Below, in pieces: positions 25,180 to 38,945 of a DNA stretch of 64,000 bases. Both the position numbers and the translations under genes were made by a program. The stretch is taken from contig NC_045697.1 in the NCBI RefSeq assembly GCF_009834535.1, positions 24,802,001 to 24,866,000 of the forward strand, read 5' to 3'. Within the stretch, counting starts at the first letter, position 1. Every line of letters begins with the position of its first letter. Under the pieces are notes generated by a model. The model worked only from the letters and a program-made list of their open reading frames with translations, had not been told where the DNA came from and did not search any database. This DNA comes from Camelus ferus (Eukaryota).

Positions 25180-26940
25180 TTTCACACCATTTCTTACTGA
25201 CTCCCCTCCTTTTCACGGATCATTTGCTCCTTTCCTCCTTTGCCCACATCTTTCTCCAACAGTTATTTGAACACTGGTGTTCATCAGGGTTTCCATACTC
25301 AACCCATTATGATTACCCTGCTACATATTTTCTCTGTGTGATCTCATTGATTCCTGTCACAAACCGTTCTCTCCCTTGAAACTCTGTTGTCCACGTGTCT
25401 ACTGACCATCACTTAAACTTGTCTTTCCATAGGGATGCTAAAGTCAACATTTCTATAACTGGTCTCATTTTTCACTCCATAATAACCTTGATTTCTTCTT
25501 TTATTTTCTCTCCATTTAATCTATCTTCTACCTTGTTGCCCAACTCAGAAAATTGAGGCTCATATTAAACTGTTCCTTGCCCTCTTTCCAAATGCAATTA
25601 ATCACATTCTACTGATTTTCACCTTGTAAAAGTTTCTAAATTCTGCTTTTTTCTTTGAGGCTCCCCTATTACTATGTCATGATCATGCCAAGAACCTCCT
25701 GTGTATTCTTACTATGAAGGGCCTTCTGAAAGCCATCTGCACATTGCAGCTAGATTAATCCATTTCACATCAACTGTTCAAATCTGTCAATCATTCTCCA
25801 TCATGTAGGATGAACTTTAAGCTCCTTAGCTTGAGAATAAAGTCCTCCATATCATGACCTAAGTGTGGAAACTTATTCTCTACTTCTGTCTACATGGAAA
25901 TCTAGTTTCTGGCAATTTTAATCAGTTACAGTTCCTTTATACATTTAGTCATGCTGATCCTTTTGTCTAGAAACTTTTTTTTAAAATCTGAACTACATTA
26001 TATTGAATTTCAAAAGTAATGTTGGCAACCCATTTTAGGCTGGGCAATATATCTCCTGTTCTGCACTCTCATGACATTTTAGTGCACAGCTTGACCTTAC
26101 TTGTCACTCTATGTTGAAACTAACCATTTCAATAAATTCCTCCCACTAGCCTGTGAGTTAATAAAATAAAGCTTTAATGCCCTTTTCATCTTTTTGTAAG
26201 TAGTATTTGGCACAATTTTTGGCTCACAGGAAGTGTTTAGCAGAATTTACCGGAAGGAGTATCTTTTCTAGGGAATTATCTGAGTTTTTACCTTACACTT
26301 GTCTTCTCTCTTAAAAAAAAATCTCCATTTCCTGGTTCCATCCTATAATTCTGTAGCCTGCTATTAGTTTTTCACACCTCACATTCCTCTGCTCATGCTT
26401 TAAGTGTCTGATAGCTATTTAGGGGTCTATGCTTTCTCTACTCCCAACTTGTTACCTCCTTTGTAAGGGACCATACTGACTTCTGTGCTTTCATTTGGTA
26501 TCATTAGGTTGACAATTTCTGAGTGATAACCCTGATTTCAGACCTGCATATCCCACTGCCAAATGACATTCTCATTTGGTCTAACTGATATGTCAAACTC
26601 AATCTATGCACGTTTGAATTTATTATCTCTTCTTCAAAGTGTGGTTCATTTCCAGCGGTCAGTATTTCAGTGATAAAACTTTCCCCCTATCCATCCGCTA
26701 AAGCCAGAGGTCTGGGATTCTGACTCAACACTTCTTTGTCTGTCAACATTCACCTCCAAAAAATAAATTACCAAAATTTTCTGATTCTTTTTCTTAAACG
26801 TATCTTAAGTCTAACTTAAGTCTAATTTTCTTTCAAACCAGTCTACCATCATCTTTTGTGTACCAGTGTAAAAGCCTCATAATTAGTACATGCTCATGCT
26901 GGTTTCTTGCCAATCTACTCAGACTATAGTCAGAAATATT
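25180..26940 (+). mobile_element. L2 fragments, probably two or more
   Basis: Pyrimidine-rich L2-type motifs (ttgttgcccaactcagaaa, atcatgtaggatgaactttaagctccttagc, cctgatttcagacctgcatatccc). Boundaries approximate. Confidence 0.55.
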
Positions 26941-26943
26941 TTT

Positions 26944-27437
26944 TGAAGTGTAAGAATAATGTTCCCTTAATGGTGTCCACATCCAAATCTACAAAATCTG
27001 TGAATAGGTTATCTTTCAAGGGAAAGGAAAATTAAAGTGGCAGATGAAATTAAGAGTGCTAATCAGATGGATCTTAAAATTATTCTGTATTATACAAGTA
27101 AACCCAATATGATCACAAGTGTCCTTAGAAGTGGGAAGGGTAATCAGAAGGGAGAATCAGAGCAGTGAGAATATAAGAAAGACTAGGTCTGATATTGCTG
27201 GGTTTGAAGAAGGGGAAAAAGGGATAAAAGTCAAGGAAAACAGGCAGCCTCTGGAAGGTGGAAAAGACGAGGAAAGGGATTCTATCCTAGAGCCCCCAGA
27301 AAGGAATGCTGACACCTTGATTTTAGCCCAGTGAGAGATGAGTCAGGTTTCTATCAACAGATATACCATACATTTGTGTTGTTTTAAGCCACTAAGTTTG
27401 TGGTAATTTGTCACAGCAGCAATTGAAAACTAATACA
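26944..27437 (+). mobile_element. MLT1D-like MaLR solo LTR
   Basis: gcagatgaaattaag...ctagagcccccagaaaggaatgctgacaccttgattttagcccagtgaga...aagccactaagtttgtggtaatttgtcacagcagcaattgaaaactaataca. Confidence 0.9.
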
Positions 27438-27539
27438 CCAAAAAGCCAAGTGGATCCTCCATCGAGTCTCTCCTCACTCAGTTTATCGCCCATAACTCTG
27501 TATTTCGTGTCCTTCTAATTGCTGATTAACTACTATTTG

Positions 27540-27835
27540 CTCAAGGAAACCTTCTCTGATTCATACCTTTAACCCATAGTCTCCTAATCTCCTAAGTTAC
27601 AAACCACATTAGGTAACCACTAGCATTTATCACAATCTAAATTAAATGATTTATCATGTAATTATATATTGAACCTTTGTTTCCTAAATGAGACTGTGAG
27701 TCCAAGAGGGCAGATACCACTTGACATTTAACTCTTTTGTTTAATCTCCAGAGCCAGCATAGTACCTTGAACTTATGTAGGCCTTTAATGGATATTTGTT
27801 AAATAAGTGAATGAGCGAGTGAATGAATACATGTA
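27540..27835 (+). mobile_element. L2 3' end
   Basis: agactgtgagtccaagagggcagatacc...tatttgttaaataagtgaatgagcgagtgaatgaat. Confidence 0.7.
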
Positions 27836-29523
27836 TTGACAGTCTTTTGTGTATTATTAGTGTAAAACTTTTGATATGCTTTTTTTTTTTGATTTCTAAC
27901 AACATCTCAATAGTGTAACCATTACATCTGTTTTGCAGGCAGGAAAATTGAAGGTTGGAAAAGCTAGAAATTTCTCTACAGGCCATATGGTTAGTAATGA
28001 TATGGCCATAAGACAAGGCCAAATCATTGCGCATTCACTATGTTTTTTTAACTACACACCATGACTTTTTGAGAGATGCTACCATGAACATCAGCAAACA
28101 TCAGTTCATCTTCCCTGCTTGAGTTCTGCTAGTAACTGAAAGCATACAGAAATACTAAGAAATGAAAGTCTTTTTGTCTATCATTGTATATCTAGCACAT
28201 AGTATAGTGTAGAGAATAAGTAACCTCTTAAATAACACAATTTAAATTTTAGAAAATGAATGAAATAACTGATAAATGAATAAATATTCTAGTTGACTAC
28301 CTGATTTTAATTGGGGTGGACAGAATGCCTGAGTAGATAAACCTTATGATAAAGGAAAATCTTAGCAGATGCATTTTCCAGTTACGTTTTTTTTTTCTGA
28401 AGCTGGTTCTGATACCTTCTCTCTTCCTCCCTAGTACCTTTAAGTCCTGGGGGTAGATAGAGAAAATAAGCCCCTTCTAGGTGAGGGTACTACATTTCTA
28501 TCATTATCTTGGACAGTGAGAGAAGTGATTTTAAAGTGAATAGGATATGTCTAAATTAATGTGCTTCTACTTGTGTTAAACTTTATGGGAAAGAAAAAGA
28601 AATGGAAAAAAAGAGATATTTAGCAGAGGTAGTAATAGTATCAAAAAGAACAATGAATGACAAATAGAAAGAGAATGGAAAGCAGCAATGTATACTCTCA
28701 GTCTGAAACAAATATAATTAACATTGGATTATGAGGTTCATTTTTTAAAAGATTATAACATACGATGTCATTATCATGCCCTATTGTTAAAGTAGTTTTA
28801 AGTTTGTAGGGACATGACAAGTTCATCTTGATTCCCTGATTCAGCTGAATCCCTCCATGGTGTCCCTGGCAGCTTGAAGGTATTTAAAAGCTATTAACTA
28901 TATGGAGACAATATTATCCTTTATTAAGATCTTTCAAGAGTTAATAAAAATATATAGTTTACACCAGTTCAGATATAGCTGGTTATGTTATTTGTGCTAA
29001 TTTCCCCTCACTTCTGAAGAAGAAATGTCAAGGCACTTTAGCACAGAGGCTAAAAATATGAGCTTACAGTTAGAAAGGAGTTGAAAATAAGTCCCACTTC
29101 CAAAACCTTACTAGCTCAGTTTCCTTGTCTGTTGAATGTGTACAGAATTTGGGGGAGAGCAATGAGGTGAGGCATGTGAAGTGCTGTGTACAATGTCTGG
29201 TATATATTCAGAGCCAAATATATCGAATGTAAACTCTCATCATTTTATCATAAGTTTAACAATCATATTCTCACTACTAAATATGGAACATTAGAAAAAA
29301 ATCTCACAAAATAAAAGAAATGCTAAATGGTTTACTTGCTGGCCAAATACTGGACCTCCTTTCTAGAGCTTTAGTATGTACTGTCTTGGACAAAGACTAC
29401 AATCCTTTTATAGATTCTCAGTGACAGACCGGACACATGGCTGTGACCCTTTTCAAACATGTTTTATTGGCATCCCTTCAAATAGCCATTTTATGTTTTC
29501 TTATTTATGACATGAAGCTTTAC

Positions 29524-29596
29524 CTTCCTGTACCCTGCTGAGTGACACCATGTTTCATCTTCCCTAGCGGAGAATCCTGAGGTGTTCCTTCCATTG
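29524..29596 (-). CDS. Putative coding exon (73 nt, phase 1->2); (T)MEGTPQDSPLGKMKHGVTQQGTG(R)
   Basis: Minus strand reads tttattttttaatcag|CAATGG...GGAAG|gtaaag. GC-richer than its flanks. Bridges the phase-1 end of 31829-31950 and the phase-2 start of 12053-12146. Confidence 0.65.
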
Positions 29597-30479
29597 CTGA
29601 TTAAAAAATAAATCTTGGAAGGGATTTTGGATTTACTCAAGTATTAAAAAAAAAAAAAAAAAAAGAAAGGAAGCCTGTCATTTGGATCTATCAAGGAACT
29701 GGGGTTCCTAGCTAGTGAGCACTCTCCTCCTTTCCTGTAAAACAGGGCTTAGAACTATGAAAGTTTTATTATTAGGATTATTGTTTAATTTTGAGTATGT
29801 GTCCTTTATCTTGCCAAACTAAATCTTCTTTTTAAAAATAGTTATGTATTATGAAATAAGGAGAAGTTAAAGGGTGAAGCCAATCTTCTCGGAGAGAATC
29901 TAGCACAAAGCGTTGATATTTCAATGATCAGTTCCAGTTTTAGAACCACTCCACTCACTTTTGTCTGGGCACACATTCATATATTTGCAAAGATTTATTG
30001 AGGACTTACTGTGCCAAGCACTGTTATATTTGTTGGAATAAAACTATTAAACCAGACAGACAGAATCCCCATGACTTGGTTCTTGACTTCTAATTATTGT
30101 TAAATTAAACAACTTTGTGTCTTAAAAGACAGACTACTGTATTCATGTATCCATACAGAAATTAAGATAAAATATACAATAAAATTCTTGTGATAATACT
30201 AAGCATGGTGGTTCAAGTAACCGTTTCTTAGTACCCATTTAATATTGTCTATGTGTGTTTCAATATATTCTTAAGATGTTTTCCTAAAATCCACTACCAT
30301 TTAAAAACAAAGAATCCCGAATCTGAACACACATATTTATCATTGGTCACATTCTATTTGTCACATTCTATTTGTCATCTGCTAAGTGTTACAATAAACT
30401 TCAATCTTATTTCATTTATTACAAAGAAAATGCTTAATAGAATATCTTAAACAAAATTCTACTTAAAATTGTTTTTTAG

Positions 30480-30900
30480 AAAGTTGGAGATTTGTTTCTG
30501 ATCTATGAAGAAGCAGAATATATAAAATTGGCTTGTACCACAAAACCCTATTTCTAGTACCTTAGTTTCCTTTCCATAAATCATTGTTCAGAACAGTTGG
30601 CCAATTTACTATTAGTTTCATTGATACTTTCCACTGATCTTATAGTGCTGTAAAGAATTTTGTCAAAGGCTTTCCAAACATCTAAGTTTAAAATCCTCTT
30701 TAACTCCCTTCCCGCATTTATCTACCTGGGGTGAAGTCCCTGAAGAATTTTACAAAAGTAGTGAGTGATTCCTTTTATTCCCTAAATGTGTGTTGTCTGT
30801 TCTTAATCAAGCTGAGCTTTTCAAAGTGGTTTCCATTTGATCTCTAAAAATAGTTTCTGAAAGTTTTCAACATAACAGAAGTTAAAGGAAACTCTCTGAA
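30480..30900 (-). mobile_element. CR1/L3 RT fragment
   Basis: The reverse complement of about 30662-30686 encodes LDVWKAFD. Highly degraded. Confidence 0.45.
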
Positions 30901-31828
30901 ATACCTAAGTGTGTTTCCAAGACTGGCCAGTTACTATTTTGTTTTGGTCATATACTTAAAGGGATATTTTATTAATAGAAAAAAATTGTAATGATGAAAG
31001 CTACATGTCTTTTTTGTTTAAAACAAATACGTTCAAAAGGAAAAAAATTTAGTTTTCTATTAATTGGTTATCTTATTGTATTATTTTTCATTGACATCAG
31101 GGAAAAATAATTTTTTTCTCCTCTCTCAGAACGCTAGGTCTGTTAGAGCAGTTCTGGACTCTGATGGCCATTAGTAATGGGAGAGGGAGGGAATGTTGAT
31201 GTTTGTCAAAGATTTGTCTTGAATCTACTAAAATGCTATTATTGTTTCACAGCAGTTCACTGTAAATCTCTAGTTGGTATTGGCTATACATCTACAGACA
31301 TCCTGTGTGATTTTGTTTTGGAAGATCTGATAAAAACATTTTGACTCTAATTACCTCTTTGCTCAGGAAAAATGGGTGACCTTGAATGAATAACTCAAAT
31401 TTTCTAAGCTTCAGTTTCCTCCCTAAAAACAGATGGCCAAGAAACTTTAGAAAACACTGGAAGATAGATGTAAGATCATAATGGATGTCTATCTTAAAAT
31501 TGCTGTGTTTTTCCATATCCCATGTGTTATAATTTGTTTGGAAGTCCTTTCAGACAAGCACGAGTTTCTCAGTTTTCATCTAGGAAGTCTGATGCCATTG
31601 AAGTGTCCCCACGCCCCACAGCTACTCAAAACTGTGTAAACATATTCTCCAAACTTTTTGTATTTTTGCAAAAATGGGTGTGACAGTTTTAACTGCATTG
31701 GTGGATGACTATATTTCTTTAAGATGAACTTCTGTGTCCCCCCAATCTCAAGTCACTTTTTTGTGTACAATACACTGTGTGTTAAGAATGACCAAAAATC
31801 TTTTTCCCCTGAATAGCTTCTGACTTAC

Positions 31829-31950
31829 TCATTTCTTTTTCAATGAGAAGTTTGTTCTTTGAATCATAGGTATCTACCTTGAGAGAAGAGCCAACAAGTA
31901 GATAGCTTTCCTCAACATGAAAACTTTGGATATTTTCAGCCAGTAAGATA
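31829..31950 (-). CDS. Putative internal coding exon (122 nt, phase 2->1) of an unidentified minus-strand gene; ILLAENIQSFHVEESYLLVGSSLKVDTYDSKNKLLIEKEM
   Basis: Minus strand reads ctattttag|TATC...GAAATGA|gtaagt, with a consensus donor. Only one frame is open. An alternative in-frame AG lies 15 nt upstream. Not in a recognisable repeat; phase matches the next exon. Confidence 0.65.
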
Positions 31951-34679
31951 CTAAAATAGATTTTTCTAATCAAGAAATTGTTCTCCACGCACACAGAACA
32001 ATGGTTCAGAAGGGTGATAAAAGAAAAAAGGATTTCCTGATATACAGACTACAGATTTTATGGGACTGCTTAAGTTGGTCTTTATGGACCCACAGAATTT
32101 TCAAAATAGGTTTCAGATAATCCACACTCTTGTTAAAGTCATGTGTTAAATAATATGTGCATGGGCTTCTTACATTCTCTGGGGAAAATGATTCATGGTT
32201 CAAATTAAATTTACCATGGATTTCACAATACATAATGTTCACATATTAATTACCAATTTCTTTTACCTATTATCAAAATGCTTAATTATCTTTAACTGTC
32301 ACCAAAACCTGAGAGAAAAGTAAAGCAGATACAATTCTAAGTGTTTGATGGATAAGAAAAGTATTACTAATAGTCTTTAATATTTCCCAAAGCAAACATA
32401 CAAATAAGGAAGAGGGTCAGATTCTGAGTAAGATTTCTGATCTCTGAACAATGACCTAATGTTCTCAACTGTTTCAATGACCAAATTACATTTTAAACCT
32501 CCATCATAGGTACTGAAAAATAGCAGTTTATCCAAATAGTCTGTCTCTCCCCATCCAGGTACATTATCTCATTAGGCATGTCAGCTTGCCCTATTGACCA
32601 TTATTTTCCTCCTGCATCTCATCAAATTCTATTGTTCTTCTTCTAGTATTGACCTTTATCAAGTCAATCTTAATTCTGCAGTTGCCCACAAAGTTTTCCC
32701 CAATCACCAACATTAAACTTTCTACCACATGTTTGATTAATTGCGTTGTAGTCTCCTCTACTGCCTAAGAATCTTTGGTAGTGTGGAAACAGAAAGAACA
32801 AGGCTAGCTATCTAATCTTGTTCTCGCACGTATCAGATAGTGAGGGTGTCCATATGGAGCTGCAAGGCCATTTAATTAATATTTTTTCCTCATTTTTAAC
32901 TGCTGATGTTTCACTGGATAAGAGTTACAAGCAGACACATTTGCCATATCAATGAATAGAGTGAAAGACACTCCTCATTGATTAAAATGCTAGCTATTAC
33001 ATTCAGAATAAGCGAGTCTATTGGGAATGACATTGGCAAACTAGACTAAAACTTGCAGAAGTATTTCCATGCTGTCTGTTAAAGACTGGCAAGAGGGAAT
33101 TCATATGCATGAGAGTGGTAACATGAATTCTAACTCTAACAGTGAGGGCAGAAAGTTCAGTAAGTGAGGCATTCATTTGCCTACTAACTGGCTGTTCCTT
33201 TTTAGTACAGGTGCTTCAAGAAACTATTGCCCTACATTTGAGGAACAAGTTTAACCTTGTTTTACTGTTATCCAATTCTTTCATAAACATGGAATCAGCT
33301 AACAGATGGTTTACCTATCTATTGAAAACTGAGTGACTAGGAGTTCAATGTGGGGCGTTACAGTCATCACTGGTAACTCAAGTTCTGAGAAAGTTTTGTT
33401 TCACTTTGAGTCTAAGTCACTGCAATTTTACTCATTGGTTCTAGAATGTAAAATATTTATGTTAACTTGCATGAGTTTAAACAGACTTAATTCTTTAAGA
33501 TGATGATTATTTGATAGATTTCTTGATAATTCTGGTTACTTTCCTCTTAAGTACCCTAGTTTGCATACTGCTTTTAACATATATTGTAATGCCCGGAGCT
33601 GAATATACTGCATTATGTATACCATATGTGTGTACAGAGAAATATATAATATCACTGTAATGTCCTGACTTGACATTATTTTTAAAAATTACAAAGTTCA
33701 TTAAATATGTAATTACCTTCAATATATTTTCAGCTGTCAAGCAGAACATTAGGGATTTTTTTTTTTTTACAGATCTAAATTTAAAAATATATATCATTTT
33801 ATTACCTGAAAATATTTTTGTGTACATTTTGATTTGTAGTCTGTCTCTTTTCATTATTTTTATTATTAAATTCTAATTTATGGTGTTAGGTAATTAGGTA
33901 TAACTGAATGAGAAATTATTATTTTAAAAACCCACTTTATTAGGCAATAAAAATAACATAAAGCATTTACTATAGGCTAAGTTTTTGTATGAATTACTTT
34001 AATTTTCACAACAACCTTAAAAAATATTTACTACTATTACTCCTATTTATAAGATGGGGAAGTAAGATTAGAGTGTTTAGACAACTTGACCAAGGCTAGA
34101 GTTAAATTACACATCTCTCGCCTGCCTTATTGTCTTTAAACCAAACTCAATTCTCTTTCTCCATACAATAAGTTTACTTTTAATACAAGATGCAGTCTTT
34201 CAAAGAAAAAGGCCAATATTGGATCCTCCTCAGTAACCTCTAGACATTCCTATATGGACTTGAATTCAATATTTTAGTTTTCAGGCCAGATATCAGAATG
34301 TCTTTTTCTTCCACTATGTTCTGATAAGGAATTCCTTGAATTTAGCTTGCATATAGGTAACACAGGAATCCCCTATCTCAGCCACAGTTGATCAAATTGC
34401 AGGTAAGCACTATACCCATGTTTGGCCAATCTATAATCCCGATGGTCAATAGCATATGAATCCTCTGGTATGATACTCTTCCCCTAAGTGCCATGAGGTT
34501 ATTTGATGTCAGTAAACATTTTAAATTTAAAACTAAGGTAGAGAGACCTAGGCAAGTGTAACAGAGACTAAAGTTACACAACTATTTTATTGTGTGAAAA
34601 CTAGTCGTGTATTTTTCTCTTATTTACTATTAAATTTTTTCTTTTTCAAGCATGAGCTTTAAAAGAGTACAAATAAGAG

Positions 34680-35665
34680 TTTTTCAGAATATATAAACAG
34701 CTCATACAACTTAATAATAAAAAAAAAATCCAAAAATGGGCAGAAGACCTAAACAAGCAATTCTCCAATGAAGACATACAAATGGTCAACAGGCACATGA
34801 AAAAATGCTCAATATCGCTAATTATCAGGGAAATGCAAATCAAAACTACAATGAGGTATCACCCCACACCAGTCAGAATGGCCATCATTCAAAAGTCCAC
34901 AAATCACAAATGCTGGAGAGGCTGTGGAGAAAAGTAAACCCTCCTTCACTGTTGTTGGGAATGTAGTTTGGTGCAGTTGTTATGGAAAACAGGATGGACA
35001 TATTACAAAAGACTAAAAACAGACTTAGCATATGATCCAACAACCCCACTCCTGGATATATATCCAGAATAAACTTTAATTTGAAAAGACACATGCACCC
35101 CAATGTTCACAGTAGCACTATTTACAACAGCCAAGATATGGAAACAACCTAAATGTTCATCAACAGATGACTGGATAAAGAAGTTGTAGTATATTTATAC
35201 ATTGCGCTACTACTCAGCCATAAAAAAACATTAAAATAATTTCATTTACAGCAACATAGATGGACCTGGAGACTGTCATTCTAAATGAAGTAAGCCAGAA
35301 AGAGAAAGAAAAATACCATATGATATCACTTATATGTGGAATTAAAAAAAAAGACAAATGAACTTATTTACAAAACAGAAACAGATTCAACAGGCATAGA
35401 AGACAAACTTATGGTTACTGGAAGGGGAGGGAGGTAGGAAGGGATAAATTGGGATTTGATATTTGCAGATACTAACTACTATATATAAAATGGATAAACA
35501 ACAAGTTTATAATGTATAACACAGGGAACTATATTCAATATTTTGTAGAAACCTATAATGAAAAAGAGTATGAAAACAAGTATATGTATGACTGAACTAT
35601 TATGCTGTACTCAGAAATTAACACAACACTAGAAACTGACTATACTTCAATAAAAAAAGAAAAAA
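34680..35665 (+). mobile_element. 5'-truncated artiodactyl/camelid L1 (ORF2 C-terminus, 3' UTR, A tail)
   Basis: gaaatgcaaatcaaaactacaatgaggtatcac...atgcaccccaatgttcac...aactgactatacttcaataaaaaaag. Confidence 0.95.
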
Positions 35666-38489
35666 GCATTTTTTAAAAAATGATAAGAAATATAAACATT
35701 TAACACTTTCCATTTTTAACAATGCAGTTTTGAGCACAATTTCCATCAAACATTTACATGATATGAATAAGTAACTCATTTTGGTTAAAATATTCAAGCT
35801 GTTTTCAATCTAGAAATATAAACTATTTGTTGTATTTGTAGCAACTTTTTTCATAGCATTAAAAAGTTTTCTAGGCCCCTTTGATTTGTGCAAAATATTA
35901 GGAAATGCTCCAGACTCTTCATTATTAAAGCCCAATTACCCTTTGTTTTACCACAGATTCAGAAGAGTCATTTTTATATTTTTGTGGAATATTTAACAGA
36001 TTTTATCTCTTTGCTATTTCATAATTTCCAGATTTAAAAACATATTTGTAGCATATGTGTCTGCCTGTGCTAAGCATAATTAAAAATTAACAAAAATATT
36101 CTAAATTTTTGATATATAAATGACCAATGTGTTTAAATGTATAATCATTTGAATCTAAAGAGACTAAAGAAAATAATACATCAGAACATAATGCCTCAAC
36201 TGTTTTCACAGAAAATTCATTAATATAATTTTAGTATAAGACTAACCAATATAATATGTACTATTTATTATTTAATCAGATAATTGAAAAGAAAAGGATC
36301 AAGAAGAAATTTTTAACACATGCCAAGACCACTTGTTCTATAATCATTTATGCTTAGTTTCACAGGCTATTATGAGATTCTACATAATTTTAGCATCTTC
36401 CAGTTTCACCTTTTGTCCTTATAAACTTTATTTTCCAATTAATAACTTTGTAGCAAATATAGAAGCACTGTTATAAATTAGAGATTACTAATATAATTGT
36501 GAGAAGAAACTATACAGAAAAGAAACAAAGGTAAAGCAGACTCATCATAAACTCATTAACACCAAAGTGTTCTAATAGCAATTTCTATTTTTAAAATCCC
36601 TGGTTCCTCTGTGTATCCAGGGACATGATCATGGATCCGTATCAGTTAACAAGGGTACACGCCAGGGAGGATTATATCATTTGATTCATATGAATAAGTT
36701 GATTCAATTTCAAAAATTTACAGGTAACTTGCTGATGGAGGCCAATTTTCAGGAGTTTTACTATTACCTATTGTTCTTCTACTTTATAGTTCATAATTCT
36801 CAAAGGGAAGTTAATTAAACATGATTTTTTAAAGATACAGGTTCCTTCTGGGACAATGCATAAGTCATTTTTATACTTCAACACTCACATACAACACATA
36901 AAATTGCCTTTTGAAAATTATTGTCACTAGAAAATCACTAGAAATTCAGGAAAAAAAACTTGATATAGGAAAATCAACTATCTGGTCACCTAAAGATAAA
37001 GTTAATGAAGGACTCAGAGCAAAGCATAGCTACCAATAAAACAAACATTTAGTCATTCTAAATATTCTTATATGCCCTAATATAAATTCCCATGTGTCTG
37101 CAGCTCATCCTTCCAAGTCTCAATATTATCCCAAGTAACTTCAAATTCGGTTAACAAATCATAAATATTTCTCACATGATATTTCTAATATCTGCCTGTG
37201 AAATGCCATTTTTATGTAGACAAACTAAACTTTTATATATAATTTTTATATATAATAAAATATCAATTTATTACTAACATTTCCTTACTCAGGCTCTTTA
37301 CCACTCCATCTGTTCTTCACTTTGACAATGTGAGTTTTCTCACATGAACGCAAGATAAACATTTTCTATATTTTGTCACATTCTTCTCATATAGGCCTAA
37401 TCATATTTTTGAACTCACAAAATTCATCTATTGATTGTCAAAGAATATTTAGTTAGGTAAAATCTAGTTTACTCGTACCTCCATTTTGACTTAGAAGAAG
37501 ATAAACTGAATTTAAATAATTAACTGGTGCATTTCACCCTTTAAAAACGAAGAAATTTCTAGATGACTTTAAATAAATGAAAAGCTTTAATTTGGTAGTA
37601 TTTCAAAGGGAAGGATTTTTCTGTTTGCATCAAAGACTTGTTTTTAATGGTTAAAGATCCAACTATAAAATGTGTGAATGTTATTTGAGAAAAGTTTGCT
37701 GATTTAACCATTTTAATTCTCACTGAGTACTTGTGAGACATATGGCTGGCAACTATTATTATCCACTTTTTCTCTCACTTACACATTTGTGTTGCACTAT
37801 AATAGAACAAAGGATGGAATAGTAGGGCTTTTTAAGAGACAGTATTTTCATTGTTGTTTACAACTAATGAAAAATACATCTGTATCCACAAATATGACAC
37901 ACATACAGATCGTCAAGTACCACGTACGTATTTTCTTATGCAGTTGGATGGTGGGTACTTTTGCTATATGTATGTGTCTAATGTTAGCACCAGTTTTCGT
38001 CTAGTGCTTAGCATAGAATCCAAACAATACCCCTTCAGAGGATATGCTGACTATTGAGAATTTTAAAGAACAAATGTTTCTAGAGATTCTTGAATAGATG
38101 TTTCTAGAGATTCAGCTTTAGCAAATCACTGTGGAAGAAACACCTTTACATCGTGTTAAAAGAGAAACGCTATAAAGACCACTTTGTGTTTTATTCTGTT
38201 CCTGTGAGTATAATGTTAAGTGGCAGACATTAAATTGGATCACTTAACGATAATTCAAAGCCCAAATTTAATGGTAAAGTAGGCTCATGATGAGTCAGGG
38301 ATAGAGAGCATCTAGAATACACTATTATATTTTTCTTAGGAAATAATTCTTACTTAGAAAAAAAAAGCAATTCATACTTATTCTTGAGATTTGGAAATAA
38401 AATTAAATTTGGATTAATAAAAATTATTAATGTCATCCTGAAATAGCCATTGTGACCATTTTTAGAAATCACCTAAAAGCAGATAGTAT

Positions 38490-38945
38490 CCAGTGTCAGT
38501 GCTCTGGCTGTATCTCCATTTCCTGTACCGTTTTAGCGCACACTGGTGCACATTGGTGCCCGTGCTTTCATGCCCAGTAGCCAGCCTGCTTCTTTGTTGG
38601 AGTTCCGCCTGAGGCTGCCAGAACACCATTAGCCATTCACAGAGAACCAGAATTTCCTGGGGATTTATGACCACACTCCCACGCCCACCCTACAGGCCTT
38701 AATGTCTGCACTGTGGAGGTGGTTTAAATGCTCTCCTCAACTCTGGGTGTCATCTCCCAAGCTCTCCCTCCGGGACTGGGGCTAAATTACCCTCTGAGGG
38801 ACACTGCTTATATTGTCCTGTATCTCTTCTACTTCTATTCCTGTCCTATTCTCTACCAGATTTTCTGTTAGTGTAAACACATCCTAAGAAATTACTTTCA
38901 GATAAAACTGATCAGAACCTCATTTTTTTTTAGTAACATATCATA
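38490..38945 (+). mobile_element. LTR16-like ERVL solo LTR
   Basis: gcctgaggctgccaga...cctggggatttatg...cctctgagggac...ctctaccagattttc. Subfamily assigned from recall. Confidence 0.6.

Noticed and set aside
34357..34402. Plus-strand exon-like segment (VTQESPISATVDQIA, CAG|gtaagc); similar one at 3239-3270
   Set aside because: Isolated, with no phase-consistent plus-strand chain. An antisense non-coding exon cannot be excluded.
37289..37365. Minus-strand open segment with a gtaagg donor
   Set aside because: Weak acceptor and MIR-like sequence.
38074..38113. Short direct repeats (atgtttctagagattc x2; also gtcacattctattt x2 at ~30346 and cttaagtctaa x2 at ~26804)
   Set aside because: Two-copy slippage duplications, not a CRISPR-like or otherwise functional array.
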